A stretch of DNA of 64,000 bases from a virus (taxonomy: Duplodnaviria; Heunggongvirae; Uroviricota; Caudoviricetes). This document shows, piece after piece, positions 9,058 to 17,143 of this stretch. Both the position numbers and the translations under genes were made by a program. Under the pieces are notes generated by a model. It had not been told where the DNA came from. It saw only the letters and a list, made by a program, of their open reading frames with translations, and did no database searches. The stretch lies in IMG/VR virus record IMGVR_UViG_3300032318_002198; one strand, written 5' to 3'. How positions within the stretch are numbered: position 1 is the first letter of the stretch; the number at the start of each line of letters is the position of its first letter.

Positions 9058-10979
9058 GTACAGAATTCAAAAAAATAATATCAAACAACGAAACTTATTA
9101 TGTTTTAGAAGATGCATCCGCTGGTGCAACTAGTGCAGGTGCCGTAGCATCAGTTGCTGCACCGTTGGGTTCGATCCGAAGAAGAATTAAAAAATTAAGA
9201 GAAAAAGTAGAAAAAGTATCTGTACCTAAAGCCAAACCTAGAAATCCAGCAGGCATGGGTTCTAATCCTGGGCGTGGAACAAAAGTTCATAAAAATAAAA
9301 GACAAGATCAAAAAGTAGGCAAAGAAAAACATAAAAAGCCATTTTATGAAAATTTATTAGACGAAATAAACACAATAGCAGATATTGATGCGGTAAACGA
9401 ATTGAGCACTAACAAACTTGCACAATATAAAAAAGCTGCGGGTAAAGACGCTAGTGCAGCAGATAAAGCAGGTGATTACGAAAGAGGTAATAAACGATTC
9501 CGCGGTATAGTCAAAGCAACTAAAAAACAATTTAGCAACGATTCAAAGTCCAGCAAAGGTATGACGAAAGGCACTGAAATAAAAGTCCCGACGGGTATGA
9601 AGGAGAATATTTCTTGGTCATCGTTAGACGAAGGACTTAGTATTGAAGATAAGATGTCAATATTTGAAGAATTTTGCATCAAAGGTAATCTAACAGAGTC
9701 TACAAATGACGATAAGAAAAACTATTTTATATCTTTGTTTGATTTGTCTGATGCTCCAAAAAAGGGAGAAAAATATATTGTGGCTCCATTAGCACTAATA
9801 TCTAATAGAATAATGATTCTGAATAAGCCTCAATACATGAAATTTGTAGGTAAAGGTAGAGATGGATTAGTGTTTAGTTCTTCAACTGGAAATAAAACAT
9901 ACCCTTCTAAAGTGTTGAGAGAATTGTCAATATCCAATGCTTTTACTTTCGCAAGCGTAAAAGAATATGATAAGTTCAGAACAGCGTTATACTTAAAGTT
10001 TGATACTAAGTTGCCAGAAATAAATTTGCTAGACAGAGAAGGTGTGGCGGAAGCAACAGGCGACGAAAAGTTTGATTCAATGATGGGAAATATTGTCGGA
10101 GGAGCTAATGATACACCAGTTACAGGGTATGTAGCAGTCAGCTACGGCAACGAATCACGTTCAAAAAAAATTATAATTGCACGCTCTCAAATTGAAGATG
10201 AACTATTTGACATCGGCGAAGAATACGGGTGGGACTCAATTGATGATGGGCATGGCGAAGGCTATGACGAATTGTTTTTTGAGACTAATACAGAATATAC
10301 ATCAGCTACTCAACGCCAACTTGCTTTAAACATAGTCAATACCGTTAACGATATTAACGAATTCTTCGAAGGTCTGAACCGTAGTTTACAAGCCATAGGA
10401 TTACCAGTATACGAAGTAAGTGTATGGCAAGGTATGGGAGATGAGGACGATACAAATAAATACAGCGAGATAGCCGATATTATTAATATTGCCAACGGCA
10501 ATGATGCAAAACCCAATTCAGGGCAAGATATAACGGAAGATGACCGTGAAGATCGTGATGAAATTATGAACAATTTGGTTTTCGATACAGCAGCAAAGAT
10601 GGGTATTGATTTACAATCATCTATTTCATATGCTGTCGCAACAGAAATAGCACAAAGAATAGAAGCAGAGTCCTCTTATGCACCTTATTTGAACCGAAAA
10701 CAACATACCGAAGATGACGTATTATCATGGATGGACGATGCCGGATTAATAATATCAGACGACGATGGTGACGTCTTTTCATGGGGCGATGATGGAACGT
10801 TACCAGAAGAACACGACTTAGCAGAGGCACATCCAAACAGTAAAATTTATGACAAATGTTGGACTGGTTATCGTAAGGTACCAGGTAAAAAACGCGGAGA
10901 GGCCGGTTCTTGTAAAAAAATTAGTGAAGACGAGTATATTGGACAATTAACTAACAAATTAAATAAAATCACCAAATGA
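9054..10979 (+). CDS. Large modular hypothetical protein, probable processed head protein
   Basis: Alternating basic and acidic modules separated by hydrophobic-x-E motifs; C-terminal CWxGY...C module. Confidence 0.75.
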   Translation: MSTEFKKIISNNETYYVLEDASAGATSAGAVASVAAPLGSIRRRIKKLREKVEKVSVPKAKPRNPAGMGSNPGRGTKVHKNKRQDQKVGKEKHKKPFYENLLDEINTIADIDAVNELSTNKLAQYKKAAGKDASAADKAGDYERGNKRFRGIVKATKKQFSNDSKSSKGMTKGTEIKVPTGMKENISWSSLDEGLSIEDKMSIFEEFCIKGNLTESTNDDKKNYFISLFDLSDAPKKGEKYIVAPLALISNRIMILNKPQYMKFVGKGRDGLVFSSSTGNKTYPSKVLRELSISNAFTFASVKEYDKFRTALYLKFDTKLPEINLLDREGVAEATGDEKFDSMMGNIVGGANDTPVTGYVAVSYGNESRSKKIIIARSQIEDELFDIGEEYGWDSIDDGHGEGYDELFFETNTEYTSATQRQLALNIVNTVNDINEFFEGLNRSLQAIGLPVYEVSVWQGMGDEDDTNKYSEIADIINIANGNDAKPNSGQDITEDDREDRDEIMNNLVFDTAAKMGIDLQSSISYAVATEIAQRIEAESSYAPYLNRKQHTEDDVLSWMDDAGLIISDDDGDVFSWGDDGTLPEEHDLAEAHPNSKIYDKCWTGYRKVPGKKRGEAGSCKKISEDEYIGQLTNKLNKITK

Positions 10980-11611
10980 GTTTTTTAATTGCCAACTTAC
11001 CACCTATCCATTGTTGGATAAGGCGAGAATTTTTATATGATTTTCAAAAAGGTCACAATGAATTTGAACCTTGCATTTGGGTTACATTAAAAAGCATTAG
11101 GGGACAAGCATTTAGAATCGAAGCATATCTTCCTAACTATGGTGCTCTATACGATAAATTACCTTTACATGCTTTTGTAAGCAGAACCGATAATCTAGAT
11201 GTAGGAAAATTCTTATCATTAGATGTATTACAGATTTGGGATTGCTTTAGCTACGATATTGCTATAATACAAAAATCATTTTTGAAAAATTTAAGCTGTA
11301 AATTTTACGCTAAAAATAAAGAATTTTATAACGGTGACTATATGTTTACTGTTGATAATGCTAGTCCTGACACAAATATTCTGGATACAACATATAGTGA
11401 ATGGCCTGAAGATCATAAATCATTTAATTTCATACAATTGAATAATGGTCAATATGCTGCTCAACCAAATAATCGATGTGTATTTTTTGATGCAGCAAGC
11501 AATCCAAAAAAATTATTATTTCCAGATTTTAAAGTATGTACTAAAAAATATACTGTAGAAACAAATCCTAAATGGGCATTAGGTGATACCGATACGGTAA
11601 CATATGAGTAA
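10976..11611 (+). CDS. Conserved phage hypothetical protein
   Basis: 211-aa aromatic-rich ORF (ANLPP..C..R.EFLYD), a sequence type seen in T4-like marine/freshwater phages. Confidence 0.8.
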   Translation: MSFLIANLPPIHCWIRREFLYDFQKGHNEFEPCIWVTLKSIRGQAFRIEAYLPNYGALYDKLPLHAFVSRTDNLDVGKFLSLDVLQIWDCFSYDIAIIQKSFLKNLSCKFYAKNKEFYNGDYMFTVDNASPDTNILDTTYSEWPEDHKSFNFIQLNNGQYAAQPNNRCVFFDAASNPKKLLFPDFKVCTKKYTVETNPKWALGDTDTVTYE

Positions 11612-11665
11612 TATTTTCTTGATTTTAGAAATATTTGTGTTAAACTATATATTAAAGGAGATATT

Positions 11666-11935
11666 ATGAGTAAAGCATACGGAGCGCCGGAACAAGCCAA
11701 AATTAAACAAATTGTAGCCGAGGGTGTAACTGTCATGAGCGAAATTTCTGACTTACAAGAAGGTTTAAACGAAACTATAAAGGCAGTAGCCGAAGAACTG
11801 GATGTTAAACCAAGTGTTATAAAAAAAGCAATTCGAATTGCTCTCAAAGATCAATGGGATCAAGTATTTAGAGAATTTGACGACCTCGAGACAATCGTCG
11901 ATATTAGCGGTCATGCTAATATTCGTAAAGATTGA
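11666..11935 (+). CDS. Small coiled-coil protein, possible dsDNA-binding or transcription factor
   Basis: AAGGAG RBS; helical pattern resembles T4 DsbA/GapR-like proteins (weak). Confidence 0.55.
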   Translation: MSKAYGAPEQAKIKQIVAEGVTVMSEISDLQEGLNETIKAVAEELDVKPSVIKKAIRIALKDQWDQVFREFDDLETIVDISGHANIRKD

Positions 11936-12234
11936 TGGATCAAATAACCAATACAATCTCTAATATATACAATTGGGCTAAACAAGATTTTAAAGAATGG
12001 CCTCTTAGGTTTGTATTAGAAATCACTGCATGGATGTTGAGCATTGTTTGTAGCATAACTATGGCTATAACTGTGCCACATCCACCATTCCTTATATTAT
12101 ATCCATTGTTTATATTTCAGTGTGCAATATTTTGTTGGGCTGCATGGACTAGACGTAGTACAGGAATGATGGCAAATTATTTGTTATTAGTCACTATCGA
12201 TAGTGTTGCATTAATTAGGTTACTAAATATTTAA
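11932..12234 (+). CDS. Small membrane protein
   Basis: About three hydrophobic segments in 100 aa. Confidence 0.75.
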   Translation: MMDQITNTISNIYNWAKQDFKEWPLRFVLEITAWMLSIVCSITMAITVPHPPFLILYPLFIFQCAIFCWAAWTRRSTGMMANYLLLVTIDSVALIRLLNI

Positions 12235-12312
12235 TGAGTAAGGTAGATCAGCCATAAATGATCGTAGTCGGTGTTTGTGAGCCTCAAATCACATATAGGA
12301 AAAAATTAAAAT

Positions 12313-12705
12313 ATGAGTTATGTAGATTCAATATGGGATCGCGAAAAAGACGTCATTAAGATTGTCGAACGAGATCCTAAAAAAGGAAGGATATTCCAAG
12401 AATATCCCGCAAGATATACATTTTACTATCCCGATCAACGTGGTAAATATCGATCGATATACGGAGATTCATTAACTCGTGTAACTTGTAAATCTTATAA
12501 AGAATTCCTCAAAGAACAAAAAATTCACAGCGGACATAAATTATTCGAAAGTGACATTAACCCCGTATTTCGAATATTAGAGGAACAATATCTAGGTCAA
12601 GAACCGCCGAAACTTAATGTAGCATTTTTCGATATAGAAACAGATATGCAACCGTTTGCTGTGCCGTCTCAAACTACGGTTAGAATTCGAAAGAAGCAAA
12701 AATAG
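12313..12705 (+). CDS. Family-B DNA polymerase, N-terminal fragment (contains ExoI)
   Basis: gp43-like N-terminal domain (FESDINP) ending NVAFFDIETD, then a 19-aa tail and TAG. Confidence 0.85.
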   Translation: MSYVDSIWDREKDVIKIVERDPKKGRIFQEYPARYTFYYPDQRGKYRSIYGDSLTRVTCKSYKEFLKEQKIHSGHKLFESDINPVFRILEEQYLGQEPPKLNVAFFDIETDMQPFAVPSQTTVRIRKKQK

Positions 12706-12727
12706 TTTTTGATATCGAAGTAGTTAA

Positions 12728-12735
12728 TATAAATA
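12728..12735 (+). promoter_or_regulatory. T4-type late promoter (TATAAATA) for the HNH gene
   Basis: Exact T4 late consensus, then AGGAG, then ATG 12752. Confidence 0.75.
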
Positions 12736-12751
12736 AGCGTAGGAGATCATT

Positions 12752-13483
12752 ATGAACTACGCTAAAATATATTATGCAATTACAACAAGAGCTAAAGGCA
12801 GAAAAAAAGAATTAGGATTAGAAAATCATCACATACTTCCAGCAAGCTGTGGCGGAACTAACAATAAAGATAACTTAGTTTACCTTTCTACTAAAGAGCA
12901 TTTGTTATGTCACTTATTACTTGTTAAAATATATCAAAATAATCTTGTATTCAAAAAAAAAATGATATACGCACTTTGGTGGATGAGCAAAACTGCTCGA
13001 TTAAAAGGTGTTAGAGTAACCGGCAGACTATACGAATATGTCAGAGAACAATACAATAACAATCATCCTAATAAAGATATAGAAAGAAAGAAAAAGTTTG
13101 CCGAAAATCTTAAAGCAGGAGTATACAAATATAATTATGAAAAAGTTAGCACTTCTTTAAAAAATTATATATCTACGCTAACGTCAGAAGAGAAATTAGA
13201 AAGAATGAGAAAATCTGCATTGTCTGGTGATCAAAAAAAACGTGCAGAATCCATAAAGAAAGGAAAAGGATCTCGTCTTCAACTAATAAAATTAGACAAC
13301 AGCAAGATTGAATTTTGGTCGTACGACGACGTGTATCTTATAACAGGCTATACTTACGATCATATAAAGTATAAGATAAAAACATGTAACGGATTGTTAA
13401 GTAACGGTTCGACTGTACAATTTATAGAAAAATATAAAGGAAATGATGGAAACATTGGACGAAAAAGAAATAAGTGTGTTTGA
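12752..13483 (+). mobile_element. Free-standing HNH homing endonuclease gene inside the DNA polymerase locus
   Basis: ENHHILPASCGGTNNKDNLVYLSTKEHLLCH HNH motif with a basic C-terminal DNA-binding region. Confidence 0.88.
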
Positions 13484-15917
13484 GTTAAGTCAACTTGCAT
13501 TAAGTAAAGATCAAAACTTATATGAAGTATACGATGAAAAAAAGAAACAATGGGTTCCAATCGCGGGGTGTACGTATCTGGAACCCGGCCCTGGCTATGC
13601 AAGTCCTGATGATGCATTTATGCCAATTACCGCAATAGCAGTATACCTTCAGTGGCTTGACAGTTTGGTCTGCATTGCTGTTCCGCCAAAAACAGTGACA
13701 ATGGATCAAGCAAGAGAATTAGTCAAAGATTTTCCAAATACCTATTTGGTCGAAACCGAAGCAGAAATGCTTGAAATGTTTTTAGAATTAATCGAAGATG
13801 CAGATGTTTTGAGTGGATGGAACTCGGAAGGTTTTGATATTCCATATACAGTTAATCGTGTTATTAAATCATTAAGCAAAGATGATAGTCGTCGATTTTG
13901 TTTATGGAATCAGTACCCGAAAAAGAGAGAATACGAAAAGTATGGCAAAAAAGCCGTAACATATGACTTAGTCGGAAGAGTACATTTAGATAGTCTTGAA
14001 TTGTACAGAAAATATACATACGAAGAACGTCATAGTTATAGTTTAGATGCTATTGCAGAATACGAATTAGGAGAAACTAAAACTCCTTACGAAGGAACAC
14101 TCGATCAACTATATAACAATGATTTTAAAAAATTCATTGAATATAACAGACAAGACTGCGCACTTCTGAATAAATTAGATCGTAAATTAAAATTCATAGA
14201 TCTTGCTAATACTATTGCTCATGAAAATACAGTATTGTTACAAACAATCCTAGGTGCAGTTGCCGTAACCGAGCAAGCTATAATTAATGAAGCACACCAT
14301 CGTGGATTAATTGTTCCTAATAGAGTAAGCAGAGACGACCGCGGAGATACACAAGCAGCAGGTGCATATGTTGCATATCCTAAAAAAGGATTGCATGACT
14401 GGATCGGATCAATGGACATTAACAGTCTATATCCTAGTGTTATTAGAGCATTAAACATGGGTCCAGAAACTATTGTAGGACAACTTAGACCTGACCGTAC
14501 TGATGCTTATATAAAAGAACAAATGGATGCCCAAGGAAAAACATTTGCTGCGGCGTGGGAAGGTTTGTTTGGATCCTTTGAATATACTGCCGTGATGAAT
14601 CAAGATCGTGCATTTGACATTATCATTGATTGGGAAAATGGTAGTACTAGTGTATTAAGTGCCGCCGAAGTGTATAAGTTAATATTTGAAAGCAATCAAC
14701 CGTGGATGTTAAGTGCTAATGGTACTATTTTTTCACATGCCGACGAAGGAGTTATACCTGGTCTATTAAAACGTTGGTATGCGGAAAGAAAAGAACTTCA
14801 GAAAAAATTAAAACTATCGAAAGAAGCCAATAACGAAGCCGAAGAAGAATATTGGGATAAACGACAATTAGTCAAAAAGATTAACCTTAATTCACTATAT
14901 GGTGCTATTCTTAATGCCGGTTGTAGATTCTTCGATAAGAGAATAGGCCAATCAACTACATTAACAGGAAGAAGTATTGCAAGACATATGGCTGGCAAGG
15001 TTAATGAGATAATCACGGGTGAATACGATCATGTTGGAAAGAGTATTATATATGGTGATACTGATTCTGTATATTTCTCAGCATATACAACACTAAAACT
15101 TGATATTCTAAAAAAATCAATCCCATGGGATAAAGACATTGTTATTCAGTTATATAATAATGTGGCCGAAAATGTAAACAGTACATTCCCTGACTTTATG
15201 TTAGATGCATTCCATTGCCCAAAGAGTAGAGGAGAAGTAATTAAAGCTGGTAGAGAAATTGTTTCTAGCAAAGGATTATTCATTACTAAAAAACGTTATG
15301 CTGTTCTTTATTATGATAAAGATGGTAATCGTTATGATGTCGAAGAGAAATTAGGTAAGATAAAAGCCATGGGACTTGATCTTAAAAGAAGTGATACTCC
15401 TAAATTCATGCAAGAATTTTTAAATGAGGTTTTAACCCGCGTACTTCACGGTGCTGAAGATAAAGAAATTTTAGATAGAATCGTTGAATTTAGAAGTCAA
15501 TTTAAGACTAGGCCAGGTTGGGAAAAAGGAACACCTAAACGTGTTAACAATCTAACCTCTTATGGTATAAAAGAAGAAAAACAAGGTAAGGCCAATTTAC
15601 CCGGTCATGTCAGAGCCAGCATTAATTGGAATATATTAAAAAAAATGCACGGCGACAAATATAGTATGCAAATTGTCGATGGCATGAAAGTTATTGTTTG
15701 TAAACTCAAAGATAATCCCTTGGGATATACATCAGTAGCATACCCCACCGATGAATTAAGATTGCCAAATTGGTTTAAAGAACTACCATTCGATCATGCA
15801 GCAATGGAGAACGTCATTATTGATAACAAATTAGATAACTTAATTGGCGTGCTCGATTTCGATCTTCAGTCAACTATTAGTGATAATACATTTGGAAAAT
15901 TATTTTCATTTGAATGA
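13443..15917 (+). CDS. Family-B DNA polymerase, C-terminal fragment (ExoII/III and polymerase)
   Basis: GWNSEGFD, YNRQD, MDINSLYPS, KINLNSLYG, YGDTDS. Start at 13443 or 13446 inside the HNH 3' end, with an AAGGA RBS. Confidence 0.92.
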   Translation: MMETLDEKEISVFELSQLALSKDQNLYEVYDEKKKQWVPIAGCTYLEPGPGYASPDDAFMPITAIAVYLQWLDSLVCIAVPPKTVTMDQARELVKDFPNTYLVETEAEMLEMFLELIEDADVLSGWNSEGFDIPYTVNRVIKSLSKDDSRRFCLWNQYPKKREYEKYGKKAVTYDLVGRVHLDSLELYRKYTYEERHSYSLDAIAEYELGETKTPYEGTLDQLYNNDFKKFIEYNRQDCALLNKLDRKLKFIDLANTIAHENTVLLQTILGAVAVTEQAIINEAHHRGLIVPNRVSRDDRGDTQAAGAYVAYPKKGLHDWIGSMDINSLYPSVIRALNMGPETIVGQLRPDRTDAYIKEQMDAQGKTFAAAWEGLFGSFEYTAVMNQDRAFDIIIDWENGSTSVLSAAEVYKLIFESNQPWMLSANGTIFSHADEGVIPGLLKRWYAERKELQKKLKLSKEANNEAEEEYWDKRQLVKKINLNSLYGAILNAGCRFFDKRIGQSTTLTGRSIARHMAGKVNEIITGEYDHVGKSIIYGDTDSVYFSAYTTLKLDILKKSIPWDKDIVIQLYNNVAENVNSTFPDFMLDAFHCPKSRGEVIKAGREIVSSKGLFITKKRYAVLYYDKDGNRYDVEEKLGKIKAMGLDLKRSDTPKFMQEFLNEVLTRVLHGAEDKEILDRIVEFRSQFKTRPGWEKGTPKRVNNLTSYGIKEEKQGKANLPGHVRASINWNILKKMHGDKYSMQIVDGMKVIVCKLKDNPLGYTSVAYPTDELRLPNWFKELPFDHAAMENVIIDNKLDNLIGVLDFDLQSTISDNTFGKLFSFE

Positions 15918-15925
15918 AATATTAT

Positions 15926-15954
15926 TTGACTTACCTATCAAATCTTAATAAAAT
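15926..15954 (+). promoter_or_regulatory. sigma70-type promoter
   Basis: TTGACT, 17 nt, TAAAAT upstream of 15975. Confidence 0.65.
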
Positions 15955-15974
15955 AAAACATTAAAGGAATTAAT

Positions 15975-16709
15975 ATGCACGATTTACTTAAAGATATTAT
16001 AGCTCATACACATAATTTAGGATTTCTGAATACCGTAAAGATTACCGGAACCGAAGAAAAAACTCAAATAGATTCTATGTCAGATGATCGCACTGTAATT
16101 ATGTTTGGAGAAACCACTAACCCCTATCCGGATATGATCGGCATTTTCGGAATGCCTCAATTATCTAAATTAAAATATTTGATCGAATGTCCGGAATATA
16201 AAGAAGATGCCGATATTCGAGTTGTAACCGGAAAAAGAAACGAAGAAGTTATCCCTGTGGGTATTCACTTTGAAAATAAAACAAGAGACTTTAAAAACGA
16301 TTATCGTTTTATGAATACCGATGTTATTAACGAAAAACTCAAGACTGTCAAATTCCGTGGTGTTAAGTGGGACGTAGAAATCGAACCCAGTATTAGTTCT
16401 GTACAAAGATTTCAATTTCAAGCTCAAGCAAATAACGAGCATGCTACATTCTTAGTCAAGACCGAAGGTACAAACTTAAAGTTTATTTTTGGTGATGCAG
16501 CAAATCACGGAGGTGAGTTTATATTTGCAACTGATGTAGTTGGAAAAATAAACAAAAACTGGACTTGGCCTGTAACTCCTGTGTTAAGTATCCTCAAGAT
16601 AGCAGATGTTAATAATACTAAGATGAGTATTAGTAACGAAGGTGCATTACAATTAACATTAGATAGTGGTATAGCAGTTTACAAATATATCGTACCTGCA
16701 CAAACATGA
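15975..16709 (+). CDS. Probable sliding clamp / polymerase processivity factor (gp45-like)
   Basis: 244 aa with an alternating beta/alpha pattern, directly downstream of the polymerase; assigned from size and context. Confidence 0.55.
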   Translation: MHDLLKDIIAHTHNLGFLNTVKITGTEEKTQIDSMSDDRTVIMFGETTNPYPDMIGIFGMPQLSKLKYLIECPEYKEDADIRVVTGKRNEEVIPVGIHFENKTRDFKNDYRFMNTDVINEKLKTVKFRGVKWDVEIEPSISSVQRFQFQAQANNEHATFLVKTEGTNLKFIFGDAANHGGEFIFATDVVGKINKNWTWPVTPVLSILKIADVNNTKMSISNEGALQLTLDSGIAVYKYIVPAQT

Positions 16710-17059
16710 TTAAGGGTTTAGCATCTACTAACCCCTACATAAAGTTAGGGCCTGTAACCGATGAATATTTTAGTATGACTCCTCCTAGTGCAGGAATGAT
16801 TCGGTATAATGGAGATTATGCCTCGTTAGAAATATATGACGGTAGCTATTGGCGACGTATGTACAATTCACAATCTATTGATTTGACCACATCGGCAACC
16901 GACGCAATAGAGTGGGCAACTAAAAAAATGCAAGAAGAACGCGACAGGAAACTGTTAGCAGAGAGTCATCCTGCAATTAAAGTAGCAGTAGAACAGCTAG
17001 AACGTGCAGAACAACAATTAATAACAACAATACATTTATCAAAAGAATTCGACGTATAA
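16706..17059 (+). CDS. Hypothetical protein
   Basis: ATGA overlap; GMIRYNGD..LEIYDGSYW motif. Confidence 0.7.
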   Translation: MIKGLASTNPYIKLGPVTDEYFSMTPPSAGMIRYNGDYASLEIYDGSYWRRMYNSQSIDLTTSATDAIEWATKKMQEERDRKLLAESHPAIKVAVEQLERAEQQLITTIHLSKEFDV

Positions 17060-17113
17060 ACCATCAGTCGATTTAACACATTAACAACAAAAACAAGTTA
17101 ATATAGATTTACA

Positions 17114-17142
17114 TAGAAAAAGCCGATTATCGGCTTTTTCTA
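17114..17142. terminator. Bidirectional intrinsic terminator
   Basis: TAGAAAAAGCCGA-TTA-TCGGCTTTTTCTA perfect inverted repeat with T-tracts on both strands, between convergent genes. Confidence 0.88.
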
Positions 17143-17143
17143 A

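Noticed and set aside
12667-12746. Long-range pairing (TCTC/CTACG with CGTAGGAGA) masking the RBS of the polymerase-embedded HNH
   Set aside because: Only 9 bp with a bulge across about 60 nt, and the 5' arm lies in translated sequence; too weak to call.
12646-13592. Group I intron carrying the HNH in the polymerase gene
   Set aside because: Too little non-coding sequence (46 nt on the 5' side, overlap on the 3' side), no recognisable P7/J-region core, and the downstream ORF has its own RBS and start. Not formally excluded without Infernal or RT-PCR.
12646-13592. Functional split intein in the polymerase
   Set aside because: No Cys/Ser at a plausible N-junction and no (H)N-C/S/T C-junction; the extra sequence totals only about 70 aa.
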